A stretch of 64,000 bases of DNA, from NCBI GenBank assembly GCA_963842885.1, contig CAWJIE010000002.1, positions 1 through 64,000 on the forward strand. Direction: 5' to 3'. Positions 11,890-21,074 of this stretch are shown here, in pieces (position 1 is the stretch's first letter; every line of letters starts with the position of its first letter). The notes under the pieces are model-generated. The model did no database searches. It worked only from the letters and a program-made list of their open reading frames with translations, and was not told the origin of the DNA. Source of the DNA: an uncultured Nitrososphaerota archaeon (GTDB lineage Archaea; Thermoproteota; Nitrososphaeria; Conexivisphaerales; DTJL01). Position numbers and translations under genes: made by a program.

Positions 11890-13220
11890 GTGAGTAACAA
11901 GAATAACAAAATTTTGCCAATATATTACTGGTTTCCTGCAAGGACCGGAGAACTGCAGCGAAGCACGGTATGAAAATATTTCTGGTCGGCGGAATAGTAC
12001 GTGATTTACTGCTCGGTTTATCCAATACGGATATAGATATTTAGTAGAAGGCGACGCGATTGCCCTGGCACGAGCATTAAGACCGACCAATGTAAAAATT
12101 ACCCTGCATCCGGAATTTCGTACAGCCAATGTAAAATGGCATAGAATGGAGTATAGATTTTGCTACCGCCCGTACTGAAATATACAGTAAGCCTGGGGTA
12201 TTACCCGAGGTAAGTGCCAGTATCCGTGAACATCGATCTCATGCGTCGTGATTTTTCCATTAATGCAATGGCAGTATCATTGGCTCCGGAGAACTACGGA
12301 GAGTTATTCGATCCCTATAACGGATATCAAGATTTACAAAACAAGCAAATCAGGGTTTTACATGACAAATAGTTTTATAGATGACGCTACCCGTATATGG
12401 CGTGCTATCCGCTATGAACAACGTTTGGATTTTGTTATCGAACCCGTTACGCTGCGTTTGCTTAAACGTGATATCAATTTGCTGGATACTATCAGTAGCG
12501 ACCGGATTCGTCATGAATTGGAACTGGTCTTAAAAGAAAAATATCCGGAAAAAGTATTACACCGTGCAGCAACCCTGGGTATTTTGTCTAAGATTCATCC
12601 GGGCTTGAAAATAGATGAATGGCTTTGCGAAAGGTACGAAGAAGCAAGAGAGATAGGATTAGCGAATTCTTCTCTGGTTGCCGTCTATCTCGCATTATTG
12701 TTTTACCGCTTGACCAATATAGAACTGGACAATTTACTGACACGTTTTCATTTCACCAGAGCCGTTAATAAAATATTGAAAGAAACAATGGAACTAAAAG
12801 ATAAATTACCCGGTTTAGATAAAACCGGACTAATCCGGAGCGACATATATTTTTTACTTCATAATTACAGCCAACTGGCTATTGTGGCTAACTCGCTGGC
12901 GACAGATTCTACGACGGTGGAAAGGAATATTGATGCTTTTCCTGTCAAGATTACAACATATTAAACCACGCCTGAACGGTGATGATTTAAAGAAAATGGG
13001 TATTAAAGAAGGGCCTAAAATCAAAGATGTCTTACATCTGCTGCATACTGCCCGTCTTGACGGTAAGGTAACTACCAAACAGGGAGAAGTCAGACTTGTT
13101 TATAACTGGATTGATTTGAACTCAAACCATAGCAGACTATTATCAAAACTGAAGCTGAACTTCAAAAACAAAGAATTAGCGGAGAATATATTTGCTTTAC
13201 ATACTTTACGGACCGGATGA
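11890..13220 (+). CDS. cca: CCA-adding enzyme / poly(A) polymerase family, frameshifted; end approximate
   Basis: LVGGIVRDLL, DFATARTE, RRDFSINAMA, SFIDDATRIWRA, LNGDDLKKMG. Confidence 0.85.
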
Positions 13221-13386
13221 TTATTCAAGACATCAAGCGTTGGCTGATATTAAAAAAAGTCTTGGTGACGATGTCTCTACAGGCACTAATGTCACCAGCA
13301 TCGATGGGACAACGGTTAACATTAATGAATTCAAAGTAGCATGTGAAACCGTCCCCTTGAGCAAGGCAATCTTAACCAGTAGATGA
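13192..13386 (+). pseudogene. holA: DNA polymerase III delta subunit N-terminus, truncated at the segment junction
   Basis: MLYILYGPDDYS...ACETVP, then similarity is lost. Confidence 0.7.
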
Positions 13387-13400
13387 CATAACACAACCAT
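13360..13400. other. Bacterial/archaeal sequence junction
   Basis: Abrupt GC and codon-usage shift; holA and a PAS gene are both truncated here. Confidence 0.85.
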
Positions 13401-13758
13401 TGCTCTTCGCCGGCGAGTAGGCGGAGATGCGGAACCACTTCTGGAGCGGCTCGAAGAACTCTTCGAAGGAGGCGTCGGTCCCTTCAAGGGCAACCCGGCC
13501 ATAGGTCCCTATCCAATCGAACTTCGAAGAGGCCAAGTTGGGGAAGAGCTCGGTGGCCCTCTTGCCGACGACCTCGGCGGGCCTCAGGCCGGTGAGTTTC
13601 TGAAAGTTGTCGTTCACCTTCAGGTACAGGAAGTCGACGGGTCTCCCGCCCGCATCGACCATGATCTTGCAGTAGGCGAAGCCGTCCGGCATGTTGGAGA
13701 GGAGCAGGGAGTAGTCGGCCTCGCTCCTCCCTACGGCGTCTTCGTCCGTAGGGCTCAT
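13372..13758 (-). CDS. PAS-domain sensor N-terminus, truncated
   Basis: NMPDGFAYCK...VNDNFQKLTGL...VVGKRATELFP...KWFRISAYSP. Confidence 0.75.
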   Translation of the reverse strand: MSPTDEDAVGRSEADYSLLLSNMPDGFAYCKIMVDAGGRPVDFLYLKVNDNFQKLTGLRPAEVVGKRATELFPNLASSKFDWIGTYGRVALEGTDASFEEFFEPLQKWFRISAYSPAKSNGCVMSSTG

Positions 13759-14051
13759 GCCACTTAACTCTTCTGCCCCACTGCGATATACGCTCTTTGG
13801 AAAGCGCCGACTTTCATGAAAGCCGGAGCGCAGCTCCGTCCCGACACAACGCCCCCGCGCGCCGTCCTGTATGGCGCACCACTCGTACAGGTCTTTCCCA
13901 AATACTAGGCATGGCGAATACAAGATGACTAGATGCGGTTGGATGATTGGTGGCGCACAAAGGCGAGCGCGGCAGTTCGGACAGCTGCGAGGGAGTCTCA
14001 AGCCAATCTTCTATTGTAGAAAAAAATACAGCTCAAATGTTTAAGCTAAGC

Positions 14052-14132
14052 CTAGGCCTTCTTCTCTTCTGGCTTGGCTGGTACAGCTACCTTCTTCACG
14101 GCCTTCTTGACCTTCTTAGCTTTCTTTGGCAA
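14052..14132 (-). CDS. Small Lys-rich peptide, 26 aa (MPKKAKKVKKAVKKVAVPAKPEEKKA)
   Basis: Hand translation from TTG; TATA-like ATATTATTAA at 14171-14180 on the minus strand. Confidence 0.45.
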   Translation of the reverse strand: MPKKAKKVKKAVKKVAVPAKPEEKKA

Positions 14133-14210
14133 CCGACCCGGCTCCGCGGAGTCTGGTAAGCCGTCCCCGGTTAATAATATGTGGCTCTCCTCGGACTGGA
14201 CGCTGGCGAG

Positions 14211-14462
14211 CTACGAGTATGCCCTTCCCCTGTGGCTGATCCTGAGGATGAGCACGGTGTCGCCCGCCCTCGCGTATATCACTCTGTATTCCCCCACCCG
14301 TAACTTGTAGAGCCCCTTGAACTCCCCTTTCAAGGCCTCCCCCGCACCTGGATCCTTCGAAAGGACCTCATGGACCTCTCTCAGCACCCTGTCCGCGACT
14401 CCCCTGTCCAGCTGCTTCAGGTCGTGGTAGGTGGAGGACTTGTAGACTATCCTATAGGCCAA
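14211..14462 (-). CDS. relE: RelE/ParE family toxin
   Basis: LKGEFKGLYKLRVGEYRVIY...ISHRGRAY. Confidence 0.9.
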   Translation of the reverse strand: MAYRIVYKSSTYHDLKQLDRGVADRVLREVHEVLSKDPGAGEALKGEFKGLYKLRVGEYRVIYARAGDTVLILRISHRGRAYS

Positions 14463-14670
14463 GCTTCGTCCTCAGTTCCTTCTCCGAGACGATCCTGTCC
14501 TCTTTGTCGTTCAACCGACCTAGGGCGATCAGGTAGTCCTCGTATTCGTCCAGGTATTCCTGCAGGGCCCTCTTGATGATGTAGGTCTTTGGCCTATCGA
14601 GGGCCTTGGCAAGCTCGTTCAGCTTCTTGGAGGTCTCATCGGAGAGCCTCACTGAGGTGGCTTCGGTCAT
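14452..14670 (-). CDS. relB: RHH antitoxin (RelB/CopG-like)
   Basis: TSVRLSDETSKKLNELAKALDRPKTYIIKRAL; overlaps toxin start. Confidence 0.85.
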   Translation of the reverse strand: MTEATSVRLSDETSKKLNELAKALDRPKTYIIKRALQEYLDEYEDYLIALGRLNDKEDRIVSEKELRTKLGL

Positions 14671-14679
14671 GCTGTACCG

Positions 14680-14710
14680 CAAGTATTACTTGTATGACAT
14701 GTATTTAAGG
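14680..14710 (-). promoter_or_regulatory. TA promoter: TATA plus palindromic operator
   Basis: Minus-strand CCTTAAATAC (14701-14710); palindrome CAAGTA-T-TACTTG at 14680-14692. Confidence 0.55.
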
Positions 14711-14750
14711 AGATCATCACGTGGCCTCTGTTCTCTCATGTCGCTCTTCT

Positions 14751-14766
14751 TTCCAGCAGCAATAGA
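14751..14766 (+). repeat. Module F (TTCCAGCAGCARTAGA), copy 1
   Basis: Also at 22962 and 26603. Confidence 0.6.
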
Positions 14767-14823
14767 TACCCCAGGTTATGACGTCCAACAGGAAAGAGGG
14801 CGTTGTTATCATTCTGACGAAGG

Positions 14824-14875
14824 CCTCTCAATAGGTTAATCATCTTTATCCTATTTTGGACAACAGGTTAATTGA
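14824..14875 (-). repeat. Module A (AT-rich), inverted copy
   Basis: Reverse complement reads TCAATTAACCTGTTG...ATAAAGATGATTAACCTATTGAGAGG; supplies the TAA of the adjacent gene. Confidence 0.8.
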
Positions 14876-15395
14876 ACGGGAGCAGTCTGGGCACCGTTGT
14901 ATGGACTCCTCCGAAGTGGACTGTGACTTTAGGGTATGCACTGTATCTCTGGAGCTGAAGGTCGCTTGTAGCGTTCACTACGACCTGGCTGTCGTTCGGA
15001 TTGTAGAGCACGACGTAGTAGGTTCCCTGCCGAAGCTGGTATGACATGGTGGTGTTGAAGGATGGGTTGACCAGGCGGAGGTCCCACACGTTCTGACCAA
15101 GCTGTACGGCTAAGAAGGGGTTCCTGCTGAAGTTGGCGTACTGGGATTCCTCTACAACAACGAAGTACCAACTCCCGCTGCCTTCAAATCCACCGTTGAG
15201 ATATGCTTGCGAGGCGGTCACGTTTATGTTGGCTATCACCAGCTGCTGGTGCCCTGAGACGGTATACGAAGTGCCTAGGTCGATCAGTGTCGAGAATGTA
15301 GCCTGTGAAGTCTCTCCCGCTATCCTGTAGACGGCTAGTAGGGCTACGATGACAACGACGAGAGCAACAACTACCTGCTCCGTTCTCTCCTTCAT
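14868..15395 (-). CDS. Hypothetical membrane-anchored beta-rich protein
   Basis: N-terminal TM; GTYYVVLYN motif. Confidence 0.65.
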   Translation of the reverse strand: MKERTEQVVVALVVVIVALLAVYRIAGETSQATFSTLIDLGTSYTVSGHQQLVIANINVTASQAYLNGGFEGSGSWYFVVVEESQYANFSRNPFLAVQLGQNVWDLRLVNPSFNTTMSYQLRQGTYYVVLYNPNDSQVVVNATSDLQLQRYSAYPKVTVHFGGVHTTVPRLLPFN

Positions 15396-15562
15396 TGCGT
15401 CCATTTGTAAGTGCTGTCCCCCGCAAGATAAGGCTTTGGCCGCTGAATCAGGAATTAATGCCACTGAATCGAACACGCGTTCGGGAAGCCTCTAATCGGC
15501 TGGAGAGTCGTCCCGTAGACTTTTTCGCAGCGGAGAACTCATCTCTCGGTGGCTCCCCATTT

Positions 15563-15577
15563 TCGCAGGTCCAAGCC
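15563..15577 (+). repeat. Core D (TCGCAGGTCCAAGCC), copy 1 of 13
   Basis: Exact 15-mer. Confidence 0.95.
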
Positions 15578-15604
15578 CACGTTCAGGATTACCGTATACG
15601 AACC

Positions 15605-15955
15605 CTAGGGCGATGTCGGAAGGTAGACAACCGTCGCACCAGCCACCCCGACTATCTTGACATCGTAAACGCTCGACGACACTACACAATCGAATATGGG
15701 ATGGGATGGTATGGTTGGCGGTTCGGACGGGTTATAACCCACCGCGAGCCAGACCCCGTCGCAGGCATTGGGCACGTACAGGAAGTAGACGCCCTTCGAG
15801 TCGTTTGAGGCCGCGATGACGTTGTATACCGTGGCGTTGGCAGGACCCCGGATAGATGAGGGGATGGCTACTACTGTAACCTGAGGAGGGCTTCCGGCGA
15901 GTGAGCCGTTCACAGAAGGCTGGCCGACTGCAATCCAGGCCAGAACCGAGAGCAA
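15605..15955 (-). CDS. Hypothetical secreted protein
   Basis: Hydrophobic N-terminus; start uncertain. Confidence 0.5.
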   Translation of the reverse strand: MLSVLAWIAVGQPSVNGSLAGSPPQVTVVAIPSSIRGPANATVYNVIAASNDSKGVYFLYVPNACDGVWLAVGYNPSEPPTIPSHPIFDCVVSSSVYDVKIVGVAGATVVYLPTSP

Positions 15956-16104
15956 GAGGTAAGGCCACTGGAGTGGTGGAGCCGTCGAGTTGTAGAGTTA
16001 GGCGTAGACCTTCGTCACGCCGTAGGCAAGATAGAGCAAAGACTGGATTGAGTTAGATGGCGACGCGTGCAAGAGATGCACCGCCACCGCGGAGTACATC
16101 TGAA

Positions 16105-16167
16105 GGTTCTGTGACGTCTTCGGTTGCTGTCTACAGTGGCGCCATCGCAGAACGACCGACAACGACA
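16105..16167 (+). repeat. Module E hairpin repeat, copy 1
   Basis: Matches 22864-22926; GTTCTG...CAGAAC inverted ends. Confidence 0.8.
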
Positions 16168-16252
16168 CAGAAGCCTGTCCTAGTTGACGCCGTCTATCTC
16201 TCCCGGCAAAGCGACTCGATCGCGGACAACGGAGACGCCGAGATGGCTGGCG

Positions 16253-16831
16253 CTATCGGGCGGCGTCTTCCGAGCCGTATCCAGCTTCCTTCGAAAGGAG
16301 GCCCTCCACATTCTCCTCCTTCGCCCTCCTCCGAAGGTAATCGATGTCCAATCGGTCCACGAAGCCATGGAAGAGGGCCGAAGCCTGCTCGGCGTCACGT
16401 TCGCTCTTCCAGAACTTCGCCGCCGCCAGCCTGTCGATTATCAGGTCCTCGACCCCGACGACCCTCACCTCGTAGGGTCCGACTTCGATGATGCGGGCCT
16501 TTTCCGTCCTGGACGGGTAGGACCCCACTATGTGGACGGCCACCGCGAGCCTCTCGTTGAGCCAGACCATCCCCTCCCGTACGAAGCCCATCTGGGCCAG
16601 GACCTCCTCGGTCGATTCGCGGTCCGTTGTGGTGATGTCGATGTCCCCGGTGGTGTACTGACCCGCCGTATAGGTCTCCACGGCCTGCCCTCCGACCAGG
16701 AAGACGGAACCTCCGCGCCTTGAAAGCCGGCTTGAGATGTACCCGATGAGCAGCATCTTCCTCTTCAGCTCGTTCGGCTCCTTTCTCAGCTTTGATACAA
16801 TCTCCTTCGGACCCCAGAATCGTCTCTTCAT
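16253..16831 (-). CDS. Nucleotidyltransferase (DUF6036/AbiEii-like), putative toxin
   Basis: VFLVGGQAVETYT...TTGDIDI; VEDLIIDRL. Confidence 0.75.
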   Translation of the reverse strand: MKRRFWGPKEIVSKLRKEPNELKRKMLLIGYISSRLSRRGGSVFLVGGQAVETYTAGQYTTGDIDITTTDRESTEEVLAQMGFVREGMVWLNERLAVAVHIVGSYPSRTEKARIIEVGPYEVRVVGVEDLIIDRLAAAKFWKSERDAEQASALFHGFVDRLDIDYLRRRAKEENVEGLLSKEAGYGSEDAAR

Positions 16832-16877
16832 TCCATCCTTGGCAGGGCGTCCTGCGGACCTTGGGCTCGTGCGGAGA

Positions 16878-17288
16878 TCACCTCATGCGATAGGTCGATT
16901 CTCCGACCTCCTCGAACATCTCCGCGAACCTGGCGCGAGCGACCTTGGCGAGCGCGGAGAGCTCTCCTTCGACCCTGGGGAGGCTCCCAATGGAGACCCG
17001 GCGCCTTCCCTCCCTCGTCCTGAGCGAGACGGCGAACTGCCGGCGCCTGGCCTCAAGGGCCTCCGCGAAGGTGAGGGGGATCCTCCCTATCTCGTCGTTC
17101 ACCTTCCTCCAGTCCACCCGTCGAGACCGTTCGGCCGCCCTTCTGACATCTTCGGGGACGCCGGAGGCTAGCTTCGGGAGGGGCCCAAGGTAGCAGAGGG
17201 TCTTCTGCCTTACCCGCCCTCCCTCCCTCACTCCTTCGACCAGGTAGGCGTACCTTCTCCCACCGATGCTCTTGACCCTCACGAACAT
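16878..17288 (-). CDS. Hypothetical protein with IS1634-transposase-like N-terminal motif; putative antitoxin
   Basis: MFVRVKSIGGRRYAYLVEGVREGGRVRQKTLCYLG; 136 aa, no DDE core. Confidence 0.6.
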   Translation of the reverse strand: MFVRVKSIGGRRYAYLVEGVREGGRVRQKTLCYLGPLPKLASGVPEDVRRAAERSRRVDWRKVNDEIGRIPLTFAEALEARRRQFAVSLRTREGRRRVSIGSLPRVEGELSALAKVARARFAEMFEEVGESTYRMR

Positions 17289-17404
17289 TAGGTGAAACAT
17301 TGGAGGCATCAGTATAATAGTGTTGTGCCTAAGAATGCCAAGGACAGGGTCGTCGAGGTCGGTACCGGACTCCCCCAGCATCAGCGGAATCGAGTCAGCT
17401 CATT

Positions 17405-17419
17405 TCGCAGGTCCAAGCC
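17405..17419 (+). repeat. Core D, copy 2
   Basis: Exact 15-mer. Confidence 0.95.
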
Positions 17420-17519
17420 TACATGTGAGCCCTACCCAAGAATCCCATGCCCCAGACGAATGTCTCTGAAACGACCTGGTTACGCTTTAATACTTTTGCC
17501 GACTCCATCTAATCTAGTA

Positions 17520-18029
17520 TTGGACAAGTACGAGCTCCGACTAATTCTATTGGCCTGTGCCGCGGTCTTGGTTACGGCAGCACTTATTTTTGGGCTGGGG
17601 TTGGTCAGCCCAACGTTTACTGATCTCAATCAGCCGCGTGAGACGCTGCTTATCGCCTCGAACGCCACACTGTTGGCCACTTGTCCTACTGACGGGACGC
17701 CTCCCTGCTGGTACATCAGCCTGTACGCTGCTAACTATGGCAATGTCGTGACCATCCTCAGTCAGATTCAGCTGAACGGGACTTCCTACATCCCCACCAA
17801 TGATTGGCCCATTACCTATCAGCTGAGCGAGTCGTCCAAGCAAGGCGTCGTCGTCGCTTCGCCCATATCTGTGCAGGTCAAGGTGGGACAGAACTTCTCG
17901 ACTCAGTTCTACCTGGACAGCTCGGGCGCTGCCGTGGGAGGAGAGAAGTTCACCAGTGGCCAACAGGTCGTCATTAATCTGCTGACCTCAGACGGAGATT
18001 CTTTTCCTTGCGAATTTACTTTGCCGTAA
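17520..18029 (+). CDS. Hypothetical secreted pilin-like beta-sandwich protein
   Basis: TTG after TTTAATAC TATA; N-terminal TM; N.G...I..I.LNG; FTSGQQVVINLLTSDG. Confidence 0.6.
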   Translation: MDKYELRLILLACAAVLVTAALIFGLGLVSPTFTDLNQPRETLLIASNATLLATCPTDGTPPCWYISLYAANYGNVVTILSQIQLNGTSYIPTNDWPITYQLSESSKQGVVVASPISVQVKVGQNFSTQFYLDSSGAAVGGEKFTSGQQVVINLLTSDGDSFPCEFTLP

Positions 18030-18071
18030 CGCCTCCCATCTCTTCTAAAGTCATGGCTTAACAGCCCATTT

Positions 18072-18086
18072 TCGCAGGTCCAAGCC
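18072..18086 (+). repeat. Core D, copy 3
   Basis: Exact 15-mer. Confidence 0.95.
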
Positions 18087-18195
18087 TACGTCCTTAGCAG
18101 CGTCTTACCATTTTCGTAGACTGAAGCAGGGGTCACTTGTCCCTGCCTGTCCACGAACGTGGTATTATATCTCCGAGCCAGCGTACCATGATATT

Positions 18196-18990
18196 ATGTC
18201 CGACGAGCCCGACGCTGCGAGCTTTGACAAGTCACCGGCGGAGCTGTTCGACGCATTAGGTCACCCCATTCGCATCAAGATGCTTCATGCCCTCGAAGAC
18301 GGCCCGTTAGGCTTCTCGGAGCTGAGGCGCAAGGTTGGTCTCGAAAGCAGCGGCCACCTTCAGTTCCACCTCGGGAAGCTTAGCGGCATGGTCAGAAGCG
18401 AACCAGATGGTAGCTATTCACTGACTGATGACGGGAAGGAGGCGCTGAGAGTTGTGTCCACCTCCAAGGGCACTGGCTCCGGAGAATCTCGCGACGACAG
18501 GAAGGTCCTCCTCAGCAGAACTATCCTGGCTGGCCTTGTCGCTGCGATGCTCCTACTGGCTGCAGTTGCTGTGGTTCAGGAATTCGAGGTTTCAGGCCAG
18601 CTAAGTCAGATCTCATCTCTTCAATCCCAGGTTTCCTCGTTGCAGGACCAACTGTATCACTACGTGATTCCCGATGACGTATGCGACAAGCTCGGGAGCG
18701 GCGACTGCTTCAAGGTACTCGCATCGCTGGTCATGGAGAACCCCAGGTTCATCACAGCCGAGAACGGCACCAACTATTCATATTATGGTCCTGGCGGCGA
18801 GGAATCTTCGATCATCAACGACTCGGTGGTTCGCACCATCAGCCTGGTCTTCAGTTCGAATCAGACGAACATGAATCTGTTCGCCTGGATCCCTCTGGGT
18901 GGAGGGATCGCTGGCTATGGAGGCTACTACGACATAGCGGATATGACCTTCTTCTTTTTCCCCTCCACCTTAAGCTCCCCTCCAACATGA
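18196..18990 (+). CDS. ArsR-type wHTH + TM + extracellular domain
   Basis: FDALGHPIRIKML...GFSELRRKVG..SSGHLQFHL; TM at about aa 110-127. Confidence 0.8.
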   Translation: MSDEPDAASFDKSPAELFDALGHPIRIKMLHALEDGPLGFSELRRKVGLESSGHLQFHLGKLSGMVRSEPDGSYSLTDDGKEALRVVSTSKGTGSGESRDDRKVLLSRTILAGLVAAMLLLAAVAVVQEFEVSGQLSQISSLQSQVSSLQDQLYHYVIPDDVCDKLGSGDCFKVLASLVMENPRFITAENGTNYSYYGPGGEESSIINDSVVRTISLVFSSNQTNMNLFAWIPLGGGIAGYGGYYDIADMTFFFFPSTLSSPPT

Positions 18991-19094
18991 GCTTCTGACC
19001 TAAAAGGACCAGATAAGCTCAGAGAGGACGGATGCGACTATCTGCCTGGTCCCACCGAAGTGATACCAATAGAGGGTTTTCTCCTCCAATCAAC

Positions 19095-19239
19095 CTATTG
19101 ATTTCAATAACTTAAAGATGATTAACCTATTTAGAGGTCGTCGTCGGTCAGGATTCCCGTCTTGGCCAGATGACAGGTCACAGGGAAGGCCCTGAAAGTA
19201 CAATTCTTGTTTGCCTAAGCTAGAGGTTGGGCAAACTTA
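19095..19239 (+). repeat. 145-bp composite A+B+C, copy 1
   Basis: Gapless match to 30803-30947 with 7 mismatches by hand count. Confidence 0.9.
19209..19236. repeat. Module C, dif-like 11-6-11 palindrome
   Basis: GTTTGCCTAAG-CTAGAG-GTTGGGCAAAC. Confidence 0.85.
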
Positions 19240-19531
19240 GAATCGTCCCAGCAAAACAATAAACAAACTTACTTTGCTATTAGACGGTTAATTCAGACAT
19301 ATCATTTGGCCGAACAGGTCTGCGACCATCTTGAACTATTCGAGTCCCTATCAGGAGCAGGTTTGGTTCTAGCCCTGGCGGCGGCTATGTCTCCATTTAT
19401 GCTGGGAAGGACCTTAAGTGGCCTCTCCGTTGCCATCAGAGCCTATTATGCAACCTTTTTGTCTAGGCCAATTGGAGTTGGTCTCTTGCCGAAGCAAAAG
19501 GATAAGATTACATCGCTCCTACATCTGGACC

Positions 19532-20188
19532 ATGGTCGATGGGCTTGTCGAAGTGTTCGTGGACGAGGCCGGTGACCTCGGCTTTGGCAGGCGGGCCACC
19601 CGATATTTCGTGGTGGCTTATGTGATCCCTTCCCAGCCCGACAGGGCCAGAGCGAACATCATCCATCTGATCAGGGCGTTGAGGCTTCACAACCGGGTAT
19701 CCATCAAGGAGTTCAAGCATAGCCGGGACTCGCCCAAGGTGCGCAGCAAGCTTCTTGAGACCATTGCGGCTTTGGATGCTAAGGTGGGGGTTGTAGTGGT
19801 CAACAAAGAGTCTGTTGAACTGGATCTCAGAGACAAGCCAGGGGTCCTTTACAACTATCTCTGTGCACATTACATCGTCTCAGGCCTGCTGAGTCTCCAT
19901 CCAAAGAAGGTCATAGTGAGGATGGATAGGAGGATGTCCGCGGAGGGCATCCAGAGTTTCAATCGATATTTCGCTAACAAGCTCTCTTGGAGGAGCATGG
20001 AGGCCGACCTGGCCGAGCCCGAAGTCGAAGTTCACCATGTTGACTCGGCCCGCGAGAAATGTATCCAGATAGCGGATTATGTCGCAGGGGCCTGTTTCAT
20101 GAAGTTCGAGCGCAATGATCCCCTGGAATACGACATGCTCAAGTCAAAGATCGTCTTCAATACAGGTTGGGGAATACAGAATTGGTGA
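19532..20188 (+). CDS. DUF3800 family (RNase H-like) protein
   Basis: VFVDEAGDLG...YFVVA...EFK...DS...CIQIADYVAG. Confidence 0.85.
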   Translation: MVDGLVEVFVDEAGDLGFGRRATRYFVVAYVIPSQPDRARANIIHLIRALRLHNRVSIKEFKHSRDSPKVRSKLLETIAALDAKVGVVVVNKESVELDLRDKPGVLYNYLCAHYIVSGLLSLHPKKVIVRMDRRMSAEGIQSFNRYFANKLSWRSMEADLAEPEVEVHHVDSAREKCIQIADYVAGACFMKFERNDPLEYDMLKSKIVFNTGWGIQNW

Positions 20189-20262
20189 GTCTTCCCCCCA
20201 ATCCCAGCCTGCATCCACAGGCATCATCTCAAGGGGAAGACCCCCGGTTGCCCGGGTTTTAC
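20189..20262 (-). ncRNA. Candidate structured RNA convergent on DUF3800
   Basis: Minus strand: CCCGG-GCAA-CCGGG (GNRA loop), then GTCTTCCCC...GGGGAAGAC stem extended by G-U pairs, enclosing GCCTG/CAGGC. Confidence 0.55.
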
Positions 20263-20526
20263 ACCAAGAATCCATATGAACTGGTTGTATTTCAGATTAA
20301 GTGAGCCCTTTCAAAGCGAAACATACCTCGAGGTCATTGTATGAGACGGTTAGAAGGTCAACTGTACTTCACATGAGACGCTTTGTATTCAAAAGTGCCT
20401 TTGTCTCAGTAGACTTGTGTTCGCTCGGCAGTGAGAAGTCTTCTGTTATGTTCCGTGCGCTTTAACTTGACCTTGGTTGGTCGTCGATGGCGACAGTAAA
20501 GGAACCAGCAGCGGCTGACGCTGGGA

Positions 20527-20940
20527 TCAACCTGTCGGACCGCCGCGGGGCGTAGCGTGGGTGAATGAGAGCGTGTGCTCGAAGACCCTTCTTCGGAACC
20601 TCTCGATGGCTTCTGCACGATATCCTTTCTCCCCCCAGCAGTGTTTCTCCTCAAGCACAAGCTCCCTGTAGTGTCCTGCCCAGAGGAGACGGAAAGCGGT
20701 CAGGATGGGACGCAGATGACCCTCTTCAAGTCGGCAGTCGCCTCCGGGCGGAGTCGACAGGAGGCGCATGGCGGCTGAAAGGTCCTCCCGCGTCAGGATG
20801 TCCCTCTGCCCAATCCTGTCGTCCACGTTCTTGAAAAGGGCCAATATCACCTGTCCAGCGCCGTCTTCCAGGTCGCGGTCATCGATGTCCTTGGCCACTC
20901 TGGTCAGTTCAGATCGGAAGTCCTCTAGTGTTGCGAGCAT
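20527..20940 (-). CDS. Hypothetical protein
   Basis: 137-aa ORF with GGAGG upstream; no recognised motif. Confidence 0.55.
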   Translation of the reverse strand: MLATLEDFRSELTRVAKDIDDRDLEDGAGQVILALFKNVDDRIGQRDILTREDLSAAMRLLSTPPGGDCRLEEGHLRPILTAFRLLWAGHYRELVLEEKHCWGEKGYRAEAIERFRRRVFEHTLSFTHATPRGGPTG

Positions 20941-21074
20941 TGAAGACTAGACCTCCCAGAGCATTCAAGAAAGCATGCGGGGTGGAGGGAGCTTCCTTAT
21001 CTTGGCCGTCGGCGTATCAGAGGGCAGCTACGGATTTAAGCCCAGGCCGACCGGCTCAGTGACAGGTCCGCTCG

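Noticed and set aside
668-13220. Mass pseudogenisation or programmed frameshifting in the bacterial segment
   Set aside because: Scattered 1-bp indels hit most genes, including housekeeping ones; low-coverage long-read error is the simpler explanation.
16878-17381. Intact IS1634 element
   Set aside because: No DDE domain or terminal inverted repeats; only a short N-terminal resemblance.
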